A stretch of DNA of 64,000 nt from Antedon mediterranea (taxonomy: Eukaryota > Animalia > Echinodermata). Shown one piece after another: positions 23,811 to 33,599 of this stretch. The DNA is taken from NCBI RefSeq assembly GCF_964355755.1, contig NC_092674.1:16678001-16742000 (forward strand), read 5' to 3'. The number at the start of each line of letters is the position of its first letter. Position 1 is the stretch's first letter. A program made the translations under genes and the position numbers. The notes below the pieces were generated by a model. It saw nothing but the letters and a program-made list of their open reading frames with translations. It did not search any database and was not told the origin of the DNA.

Positions 23811-24951
23811 GCATATAACCATATAACTACATAACGCTGTGGTGTGTGTCACACATTGTGGCTTCTTAATTAAACAAATTAATTAACAAAAAATTAAAAA
23901 TCCGGCTCTATAGCTTTGAGGACATGTCCCTGTAGTATGTTCATGCCAAATCCCAGCTCAATACTATAACGAATAAGGGAGGAGTAGTACTTTAAAAATC
24001 GCACTTTTTAATCAATAGTGTCCAGATGGAGGAAGAGAAGGAGAAAATGAGTAAGTACTAGACTCGGGTACCCCGAGTAAAAACGTGAATTGGTTTTCCC
24101 TATCCCCTATATATAGGTATTTGTGTGTGTTAATAGGCATTTGTGTGTGTTATATAGGCCAAAATTTAAAAGTGCCGTAAAAAATTTTCTCCAAGACCCT
24201 GGGATGGGGATTTTTTTTCTGACATTCTATATGGTATACTCTATCAGAAAAAAAAGGAAAAAATTTTCCTATACTTTTTTCCCGCAAAATTTGTACTGCA
24301 CCCAGGCTACTATGCTACACTGTATATAGATATACAGTATATACTGTACATATTGTATATGGAATATAATAGGCACAACTCAGCACTATAAGCGTATAAT
24401 AGGATGGCATACATCAACATTTTCCGATCGTATGTTAATGTACGTGCATGTTTAAAAAAAATTAATTTCGGTAAAATGATAAAAATGATCACCTATAATT
24501 CGTCAAAGTGACGAATTAAATTCTAGTATTAATAATTGAATTTGTTTTATTTTACCGATGATGAGAAAGATGTGCCTTAAAAAATGACAATTTGTAAACA
24601 TAGTTTAAGATTATAATATTAATCAGCATAATGTCATTTAACAGTACATAATTATTTGCATATTAAAATTTGTTCTAATGGGAAAGTTTGTCCAAAAATG
24701 GCCGAAAGTATGATTTTACCATTTTTGGCCTTTGACCTCATATGAGGCCAACTTGACCAGCAACCTATTAATCAATAACCATTAAACATTGACATAGAAT
24801 TAAATTGCTTCCTGCATCTATATATAAATTTACGTAAGGGCAAAATTCGGTAAATCTAGTATAGACAATTTTCCTTGCAAGCCCATGACTTGTGGTATTG
24901 TTGTGTCATTTTTTTCATGACTTATATTGAACCATATTTTTTTAATTTCAG

Positions 24952-25705
24952 CTTCAGAGACAAAACGTGGGTCATCATAGCCGAAGTTCATCATTGCCTT
25001 TCTATAAGACAATGACTTTTAATCATAATCCATCTTATAATCAGATCAATGCTGCAGTCTTGACATCACCTACAAATGATGTGTTGACCCTTGATAAATC
25101 TGCTGAAACACAAAATCGTGACAGAACTACAGCAAAAGATGCTCTTATGTTAGTTTTACAAGAAAATAAAGCGCTTAGTAATAATATCAGGCAATCGCAT
25201 ATTACACATGTTTCAAACGACCCTTTGATGAATATAAGTCGTGTAGCTGAAGAGAAGTTTGATAGACATATGGCACATTCTGATCTTCCAAGTGAGAATT
25301 TATCAAAAAAGAAAGGATCATGTGAATGTAGTACAAACTCAGATATTGATTCTGAATGGAAATGTGAAATGGAGGCTGCCCTTGTTTATGGTGGCGGGAA
25401 AGCCTACTGTCGCCTTTGTGGAAAAAAACTAAAGATTACAGAAGATGATAAAATCCAATGGAATACTTCACAGACCCTTCAGCCTAGGGAATTATCAACA
25501 TTACCAAAAAATCCACTCTTTGCCGATAACAATGATAAGTCAGCAGCAATGTCTAATAAACAAAGGAGACGAACTCTTCATAAAATGAACAGTTTGTCTG
25601 CAATGAAAAGACCTCCAGAAGCTGATGAATTTAACAAGGGTAGCCTTTTTTCATCATCTTTTCCAAAAGCTATGGAACGTCAAAGTGGAAGTTTACTTGA
25701 AGAAG
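24952..25705 (+). CDS. RUBCN: Rubicon large exon, Ser-rich linker (LQRQNVGHHSRSSSLP...ERQSGSLLEE)
   Basis: TTTCAG acceptor ending at 24951; 754-nt open frame; GTAGGT at 25706 (phase 1) fits the next exon. Confidence 0.82.
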
Positions 25706-25742
25706 GTAGGTCAGTAAGTCAGGTAAAGTCAGTTTCACTGAT

Positions 25743-26153
25743 GAGGCATGGCATCACAAAATCGGCTTAGTGTCAGAAATAATAATTTTTTAGATTTTTA
25801 TATATTCATAATCTATATTTAATATAAGCTTTAAAATGAGGTGTTGGTTATTAAAATTTGGTTTATTATATGAAGAGTTATAAATGAAAACATACGAGTC
25901 ACTTTCTACCTCAGGAAATCTTCATTTTGAAAAATCAACAATGAAGTAGTGACGCCGATTAGCTGGGCCTAGCCTAGCCCGCCGATCAACGCTATTATCT
26001 CCTCAATAACGGCAAACTATATCACTGTGTATCGTTTTTTATTGAAATTTTAAAATGGGTAGGTTAGGCCGTATTTCACATTCTGAACTTCAAGGCTAAA
26101 TATCTCAAAAGTTTGGGTTGCGACTCTGCGCCGCTTTTGTGATGCCAGGCCTC
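25743..26153. mobile_element. MITE with GAG termini (possibly Sola-like)
   Basis: GAGGCATGGCATCACAAAATCGGC and GCCGCTTTTGTGATGCCAGGCCTC; TSD unclear. Confidence 0.7.
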
Positions 26154-26206
26154 ATATAGTCAGTGAAACAATTTTACCAACTGAAGCATTGTCATTTTTT
26201 CAGTTA

Positions 26207-27763
26207 TTAGTTATCCGCATTCAGCGGATAACTCCTTGTAACTGTCCTGTTTCATCATCTTTTTTTTTTTCTGTATTCTTCTTTCTTTCTGTCATTTTTG
26301 TGCAGAGCGTATCTCTAAAACGTGTAAACATGACATTTCATAACTTTGTCAACATGTGGGCATTCACGTGAAGTTGTGCACCTGCTATTGTGAATGACGT
26401 CAGAGCTGCGCAACGTGACTTACGCGCGTTTTTATGAATTTCGCGTATTTAACATAGATCAAAAACCATACTGTATAACAATTTAAATTGAAACTTAACA
26501 AAAGTTTAAGTTATATCTTGCGCTAACTGACTGTGTAAAAAAAATGGCATGTTTCACACGAAGTTACGCGCGTTTAAAATTTCAAAACGCGAAAAATCAA
26601 TTTCTAATCAACTTTCTACGCGTTTCATGTCATTTTGAGCAGGTAAAAAATTCCCACGTGTTGAAAACAATTTTTTTCGCGTGATTTATGTTTTTCCAGC
26701 CTTTTCTAGTAATTTTACCAACTTTTAAAAGATTTCGACTTAAAATTACGTCATACGGGCACGTCGAATTGGATAATTTATGTGCGTTTTTGATGAAAAA
26801 ATTCAAAAATTCGTCAAATTTTGTCAAAATTATGCCTTTTTTTAAACAGTCGTAATTTCTAAACTGGACGGTCAACTTTTTGTGGATGACATATTCTTGA
26901 AGTTGATGAGTTGTAGATATCGGATCATGTATTAATATGGCTAACCGGACATTGTGACGTCATCGTATGGCCACGCGAATATAAAATTTAGGATTTTTGT
27001 ATCTTTCGTCATAGCTCATCACATTTAATAGAGCGCATCTCTACTTATCCGTTTTCAATTTTCACCCTGATTTTGAAATTGTCTAGGTCAATCAACTATC
27101 CTTCGCATGAATTAAAAATATTTTAATTTCTATGACGTCATCATGCCTAAAAATTTAAATTACGTGTGGCATTAATTTCATCTTTACAGTAAATTTTAAT
27201 CTGTTATAGCTCGTAAAAATAAAATGTAATAATCACGATTAAAACGTTTTCTGGAAGCTATTGGATTGTAGATACGAAATCATGTGAAAATTTTGCCAAT
27301 CAGATGTTGTGACGTCATCATATGGCCAGTTAAATAAAAAATGTTGTATTTTCATCTTTTGCGTCATAATTCATTACATTTAAAAGAGCGCGCATCAATA
27401 TTTCACGTATTCAAATTTCTTCTACACGTTAATATGTTGTTGCTGAGATAATTTCCTTCCGAAATTGCTACCTTCGCGTTTCATTTTAAAACCGTCAACA
27501 TGTTAAAAATATGAATAAACGGGGGCACCCGTCATTTCACCTATACTACACTGTATGTAATATGTATACAGAATATACTGTTTATACTGTATATACTATA
27601 TGACACAAAATTTACATAATTCAGCACTAACAGCTTATGATATTCTTCAGTTTAGGTCATAATGCCATAACCTTTTTCCGTGTGCAAAATTCCAACGTAT
27701 GACATGCGCGTGGCGTTTGTCGTGCGGATAACTAACTCGTCAAAGTAACGAGTTCAAGTCTAG
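26207..27763 (+). mobile_element. Intact HINE/DINE-1-like element (family 1a)
   Basis: 13-bp subterminal IRs TTAGTTATCCGCA (26207-26219) and TGCGGATAACTAA (27723-27735); inner IR at 26224-26233; TTC-rich tract; 3' hairpin 27734-27754; CTAG|T end. Confidence 0.85.
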
Positions 27764-27908
27764 TTTGCCTTTGGATTTATATACAGTATATATATATAAA
27801 CACAAGAGGCAAAGAACATTAATTCTAAACCGCCCGGTGATATGCTGAAATTTAATTAATTAATTTGAAACGATAAAGATGAGGAAATCTGTGAGAATGA
27901 GAAAAAGT

Positions 27909-27980
27909 CGCCCCAACCGAGGCTCGAACTCGGACCGCCTGCTTGATATGCAGATGTCCTAACCATTAGACCACTGGGGC
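27909..27980 (-). tRNA. tRNA-like gene with anticodon ATC (nominally Asp), copy 1
   Basis: GCCCCAG/TTGGGGC acceptor stem, GTCT/GGAC D-stem, TCTGC-ATATCAA-GCAGG anticodon arm, CCGAG-TTCGAGC-CTCGG T-arm; TTTTT just downstream. Confidence 0.6.
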
Positions 27981-28272
27981 TTTCATGGTATTGTTCGAAC
28001 TCGATTGGATAACGACTCTTTAACATTCTCGGCGTGGTACGGCGGAACAGCACTAGTCCTCAGTTGTACGCACGCGCAACAGAGATCAAATTGATACGCC
28101 CTCATCTCTCAGTATTTTTATTCACGAGGCGGGATCTCCGAAGAGATACTTTTATATATATAAACACAAGAGGCAAAGAACATTAATTCTAAACCGCCCG
28201 GTGATATACTGAAATTTAATTAATTAATTTGAAACGATAAAGATGAGGAAATCTGTGAGAATGAGAAAAAGT

Positions 28273-28344
28273 CGCCCCAACCGAGACTCGAACTCGGACC
28301 GCCTGCTTGATATGCAGATGTCCTAACCATTAGACCACTGGGGC
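28273..28344 (-). tRNA. tRNA-like gene with anticodon ATC, copy 2
   Basis: Same as copy 1 with one T-loop substitution. Confidence 0.6.
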
Positions 28345-28630
28345 TTTCATGGTATTGTTCGAACTCGATTGGATAACGACTCTTTAACATTCTCGGCGTG
28401 GTACGGCGGAACAGCACTAGTCCTCAGTTGTACGCACGCGCAACAGAGATCAAATTGATACGCCCTCATCTTTCAGTATTTTTATTCACGAGGCGGGATC
28501 TCCGAAGAGATACTTTTATATATATAAACACAAGAGGCAAAGAACATTAATTCTAAACCGCCCGGTGATATACTGAAATTTAATTAATTAATTTGAAACG
28601 ATAAAGATGAGTATATATATATATATATAT

Positions 28631-28981
28631 TCAGGTTGAAATTATCAGACCGTTAGGATAGAGTGCTCAATACCAAGGTAGAGCATAAATAAATAAATAA
28701 AATAACAGCAGAAAACTTGGTTACTTCATTGTTTTAGTCACTACAAATTTGTTTTGTACGACCAGCATGTAGCTGGCCGCACTCTTCAGGTGAAATGTAA
28801 AACATAAGTGACACAGTTGTCTCATATAGTGCTTAATAGAAGTGAGTCATCAGGAAGTCGTATACAATAGCCTATTGTTTTAGATTTAGATAAACTATTT
28901 GGATCTGCAATTTAGTAAGAATTTTTTCCTATGTCTACAAGTAGAGACTAACTCGTTCTTACGGTTCAGTGTGCATAGCTA
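28631..28981 (-). mobile_element. Penelope-like pseudo-LTR fragment, same family as 17421-18373
   Basis: 28697-28980 nearly identical to 17421-17698; abuts (TA)n at 28612-28630; hammerhead at 28738-28793 has GAAA changed to AAAA. Confidence 0.85.
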
Positions 28982-29284
28982 GTCGAATACCGTACACCAA
29001 GAAGGGCTTGCGCTGGGGGTACGGCGATCGGCAATCGTGCGTATAACTATAAATAAATACTACTAGGCCTATTCCAATCGTAAACGTTTACAAATTAAAT
29101 TTTATCGGAGCTCCTAAAACAGCTCCATAATGAACAAATCTTTTCAACATTTATAACATCACGCTAAAATGCCTTGAAAACTAGGCAGAAGCAGGTTGCC
29201 GTTACGTTAGTACACTGTAGCTAGGCCTAGCCTACTCAGTCCTAGCCAACGAGGTGACAATATGTACAATCTGTGTGGCAAGGC

Positions 29285-29370
29285 ATTTATGTTCGGTGTA
29301 TAAGACGCACCCTTAATTTAGAGGTCAAATTTTCGTGTCAAAAGTGCGACTTATACACCGAAATATACGG
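29285..29370. mobile_element. End of a pogo/Tc1-type MITE
   Basis: GTGTATAAGACGCACCC...GTGCGACTTATACACCGAAATATACGG|TA. Confidence 0.55.
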
Positions 29371-29372
29371 TA

Positions 29373-30970
29373 TGTCTGCTGTACTTCTGCAATTATCTAC
29401 ATCAAGAAAGATCATCAAGTACAGTGCTGCTGCGCGTACTACAGTAACTGCACAGCTACGTTACATATCACCCTTCTATCTACAGGTGACATAGAGATGA
29501 ATCCGGGTCCAGTGAAGAACCCATGTTCAGTATGTGACAGACCCGTTGTGGTATCACATAGGTGCATAAGATGTACAGATTGCAACCTTGAGTGCCACAT
29601 AAAATGTGGACGAGTGTCTCCAAACGACTATAGGAAAGCAAATTTCACTACTTAGATTTGTCAAAATGTCTTTTTGTACACATACCCAATTAAATAAATG
29701 AAGCTGTTCTAAATCATTCACCATCACAGAACAAAATCACTGATGGGTTTGATCCCATGGTGGATCTGTCAGTGTTAAAAAACAATTAACATTTCTTCAT
29801 CTCAATGCGCGATCGTTATTACCAAAGCTCTCAGAAATCAAGTTGATTGCGGAAAATACCTGATGTGCTGGCAGTCTCAGAAACTTAAATGCTACAGTAA
29901 CATACAATGAGATACGAATAAGTGGTTATTTATAGTGCTGTTAGACAAGATTGTCTAAATGATTCACACGGTGGAACCCTCTTATATGTAAGCGACAAAC
30001 TTACAAAGAGATCTACTTAATGAGAGATCTACTTATCTCAGTTCTGAAAGCCACTTGGATAGAAATTATCTTTCCCTATACAAAACCGATAATTGTTGGA
30101 TGTGTTTATCGGCCACCAAGATATCACGATTTCATCGACGACTTCAACAGCGTTATTGACCAAATACCTGCTCGTTTCTTACAAGACGGGACAGGTATCC
30201 TTAAGCTTACACTGACACACATAATTAATGCTTCAATTGTTAGTGAAAATTTACCCGATGACTTTAAACTTGGTAAAGTTAAGCCTATTTTTAAAAAGGG
30301 GGATCGTACAGACCCCAATAACTATCGACCTGTTGGCGTTTTATGCATTGCATAAAAAATTCTTGAAAGGGCAATGTATGTCCAACTAGCCAATCATCTG
30401 AAAAACAACAATCTGATATATAGCCTACAATATGGCTTCAGTGAAGGTTTCTCAACTGAGACCTACCTCATTCATCTCATCGTCCATGTTAATTCGAAAA
30501 TGGCTAATGGTCAACTTACAGGACATGCTGCGTAAAGCCTTTGATTCAGTTGATGGTATTATATGTGAAAAACTGTACGATATAGGATGTGACCCCACTG
30601 GCTGGTTCTGGTCTTATTTATCAGACAGAAAACAATATGTTGCTGTTAAGAATGCCACATTGGGTCATAATAGCATGTACTAATAACAGTATTCTGGGCC
30701 CCCTACTTTTCTTAGTGTATTAATGACATTGTAACATCAATTGATCCTCATTGTATACTTTTTCTTTATGCCGACGATTGTGCTATTTTGTATAGTGATC
30801 CAAATCCTATTATAATTGAAGCTAAATTGAATAATTGTTTAAATAGCTGCAATGACTGGTTAATTGACAATGGTATCACGATGCATGCCGGAAAAACTAA
30901 GCGTATCATATTTGGTACTACTAGACGACATGTAAATAATGTTAGGTTTAAATTAAATGGATAATACATT
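29373..30970 (+). mobile_element. Decayed, internally deleted CR1/L2-like LINE (2A-like peptide, PHD finger, APE, RT)
   Basis: GDIEMNPGP followed by CSVC...CTDC...HIKC; HLNARSLLPK; VGCVYRPP; NNYRPV; KAFDSV; LYADD motifs with stops and frameshifts. Confidence 0.85.
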
Positions 30971-31285
30971 CATGTATTATTAGTTAAGTTAAATAATGAG
31001 TTGGCATCGTATTTTCTGTTTTTGGCACGTCTGACATCCAGCCCAGGTTTACTATTATAAATACCAATACCTTTACATTTTTTAAAAGCTCCCTCTATGG
31101 TTTGATGTATTTTAAAAATTCCCATATTTCATTTTTACAAGTTGGGAAGTTTGCAATAAACTTTGTTGTTGAGAATTGTTACACTTTATTCTATATTTTG
31201 TTATAATTATTAATACATTCAAAAGTGTTGTGAATTATAATATCTCTTGTAAATATTAATTTCAGTGCATTTGGTTATTTTGTAG

Positions 31286-31401
31286 GGTCCTGCAGTGTGT
31301 CTCCTGTTACAGATGGCTACTTCCCTCGCCCAGTCGAAGGTCAATCACTACTCAGTTTTTTGTCATTAAAAGATTTCAAAATGTGTCCTGAATTAGACAG
31401 A
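31286..31401 (+). CDS. RUBCN: Rubicon exon (GSCSVSPVTDGYFPRPVEGQSLLSFLSLKDFKMCPELDR)
   Basis: TGTAG acceptor and GTAAGA donor; matches recalled Rubicon RPSEGQSLISYLSEQDF. Confidence 0.92.
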
Positions 31402-32507
31402 GTAAGAAAATTAGCATGCAATGTTATTATAGGTACACAACATTTATGCTGTGTAGGCCTGTCATATATCAACCACTAACATATCAACTAACAATGTAAT
31501 ATTAACCACTAAACAAACTTAATTATATACTAATGTAACAAAATTAAATTACTAACATAAACAAAATAAATCTAAACAACACTTTAAAATGTCAGGTATG
31601 TTATGCATTGTATTTTGGAAAAAAATGTAACCTTCCATCTTTATTTTGTACATAGTCGAGAAATTAAATTGAAATTCTAAAAAGAGTGCGAAAATGACTT
31701 GGTTTATGTTCTGTTTTCTTATAGTTATTTACCCAGCGACCAGATTTAGTTTTTTTGTACATTTCATTTTCTGGCAATATTTTCAAATTCTAAATTTCTA
31801 AACTCTCACCTCTATACGATTTATTTCTATATAATCTATATAAAAACATGGTTCTATATATATGTAGCTATATATTACTGACACAGACTCTTGTTAATTT
31901 CTCAACAGTACTTGATTTACACTATATACAGGTACTCAGAGAATGATTAAGTTGTAGCTATTAGTTCAAGTTATTTCCAAATTGTGAATTTTAAAAAGAG
32001 TTAATTACAGAATATACATACTATTCAAGGAACAGTAAAGAGGGTGACTTATAAGTTCAGTGACCCTACTTGTCTCCTCCCAAGAGCTGGTACATCCATT
32101 AAGGTCCCACTCAAGTAATTATTAGATACCAGTTTCTTCAAATAAAACACCTTAGTGGTTATAGCCCAGGTATATAGCCTACATTAGTTAAGTATGGTCA
32201 ACCACATGAATTCCAGGAAAGTGAGTGACCTGCTACATATATACTTTATCAAGTATTCTCCTACTGATGCACATAAATGAAAATTGTCAGTTATTTATGC
32301 TGAAGCTTGATTACATTATTAAAAAATCTGTGGGCACAACCTAGATGGTACACATAGCATACCATTTAGTTGCAGAAATAAACCATAACCCACTAATAAT
32401 ATTTTAATTTTTACAAATCTCAGTGGTTTGTAAAATACCATGGGTATGGCAATCACAGAAAAAAATGGGACTAAAAGTCAATTCAACTTAACATAAGAAT
32501 AATGCAA

Positions 32508-33002
32508 AACGATTCAACGGCAAGGTACTGTCATAACATTAACGATTCAACGGCAAGGTACTGTCATAACATTAACGATTCAACGGCAAGGTACTGTCAT
32601 AACATTAACGATTCAATGGCAAGGTACTGTCATAACATTAACGATTCAACGGCAAGGTACTGTCATAACATTAACGATTCAACGGCAAGGTACTGTCATA
32701 ACATTAACGATTCAACGGCAAGGTACTGTAATAACATTAACGATTCAACGGCAAGGTACTGTCATAACATTAACGATTCAACGGCAAGGTACTGTCATAA
32801 CATTAACGATTCAACGGCAAGGTACTGTCATAACATTAACGATTCAACGGCAAGGTACTGTCATAACATTAACGATTCAACGGCAAGGTACTGTCATAAC
32901 ATTAACGATTCAACGGCAAGGTACTGTCATAACATTAACGATTCAACGGCAAGGTACTGTCATAACATTAACGATTCAACGGCAAGGTACTGTCATAACA
33001 TT
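32508..33002. repeat. 33-bp minisatellite, 15 copies (AACGATTCAACGGCAAGGTACTGTCATAACATT)
   Basis: 495 bp = 15 x 33; only two variant units seen. Confidence 0.97.
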
Positions 33003-33382
33003 GGTTTAATCAGTGTAATTTTTAAGGAATAATTATTTTTTCACCTTCATCTACTATTAAGTTTATTTGTATGTTGAGATTATATACTTTGCTGAAACTG
33101 TTATTTTAAAGTTCTAATAAATAGCGTGGGAGGGTATTATTGATTATTCAATAACGACGGAGGTAATACAGTTGGAGTTGGCATTCAGGAAACTACATTT
33201 TTATTGTAATATACATTAAAATGCATACACCTATATTTTACATTTTTAAAATTTACCACTAAAATGAATATTGACAATCATTTGGTTGAGCTTTAAGAAG
33301 TGTTATGTTTTTCTTTTAAAAGTGGAACATCCCTGATTATATTTCACCCATTGTATTATCTGTAATAATTTTTCTATTGCAG

Positions 33383-33599
33383 GAAAATGCTCATTTTTGT
33401 ATATCAGAAGCAATCATTTCTGCAGTTGAGCAAATAAAATGGAAACAGTTAACCATTCTTGACAGTAATCATGATTCTGATGCATCAGATGAAGAGATTC
33501 AAGAATTAAAGCAGCGTATTAGAATAAGAAGAAATGAACGACATTCTCAAAAAATTAGAGCCAAGTCTCTATTCAGTGATGGTGAGAGTAAAACAGATA
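33383..33599 (+). CDS. RUBCN: Rubicon exon, PI3K-binding/coiled-coil region (ENAHFCISEAIISAVEQIKW...SDEEIQELKQRIRIRR)
   Basis: TTGCAG acceptor and GTAAGT at 33600 (phase 1); strong match to recalled Rubicon ENAHFSISESLIAAIE...EIQELKQKIRLRR. Confidence 0.93.

Larger units (their letters stand above)
23375..24083 (-). mobile_element. HINE family 2 carrying two tRNA-Val-like sequences
   Basis: 12-bp subterminal IRs TACTCGGGGTAC (23393-23404) and GTACCCCGAGTA (24068-24079); 5' palindrome; pyrimidine-rich tract; 3' hairpin GCAC-ATTC-GTGC; inserted in an A/T run of the foldback arm. Confidence 0.75.
22278..24309. mobile_element. Foldback non-autonomous DNA transposon, possibly Academ-like
   Basis: Termini TAGCCTGGGTGCAG and CTGCACCCAGGCTA; 3-bp TSD CTA at 22275-22277 and 24310-24312; long inverted arms (22278-22850 versus 23040-23375 plus 24080-24309). 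Confidence 0.8.
20979..24526 (+). mobile_element. HINE family 1b copy, interrupted by a foldback element
   Basis: Ends AAATGATCACCTATAATTCGTCAAAGTGACGAATTAAATTCTAG|T; body homologous to 12815-13720. Confidence 0.75.
27790..28610. repeat. Near-identical 364-bp tandem repeat (about 2.25 units) containing a tRNA, bounded by (TA)n
   Basis: Identical ORFs at 27856 and 28220 (offset 364); partial third unit to 28610; related fragment at 56418-56457. Confidence 0.95.

Noticed and set aside
22036-24329. Mirror-image ORF pairs
   Set aside because: Artefacts of the foldback element's inverted arms.
25706-25770. ORF extension, or the GTAAGT donor at 25714
   Set aside because: That donor is phase 0 and does not fit the phase 1 acceptor at 31286; the ORF tail runs into a MITE.
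27981-28075. Hammerhead in the 364-bp unit (minus-strand CTGAGGA...GAAA)
   Set aside because: No stem II can form between the two core motifs.
27856-28417. Duplicated 65-aa ORFs
   Set aside because: Read-through of the tRNA-containing tandem unit; no protein motif.
32502-33032. 176-aa repeat protein or CRISPR array
   Set aside because: Pure 33-bp tandem with no spacers; the ORF results from a stop-free unit of 11 codons in an intron.
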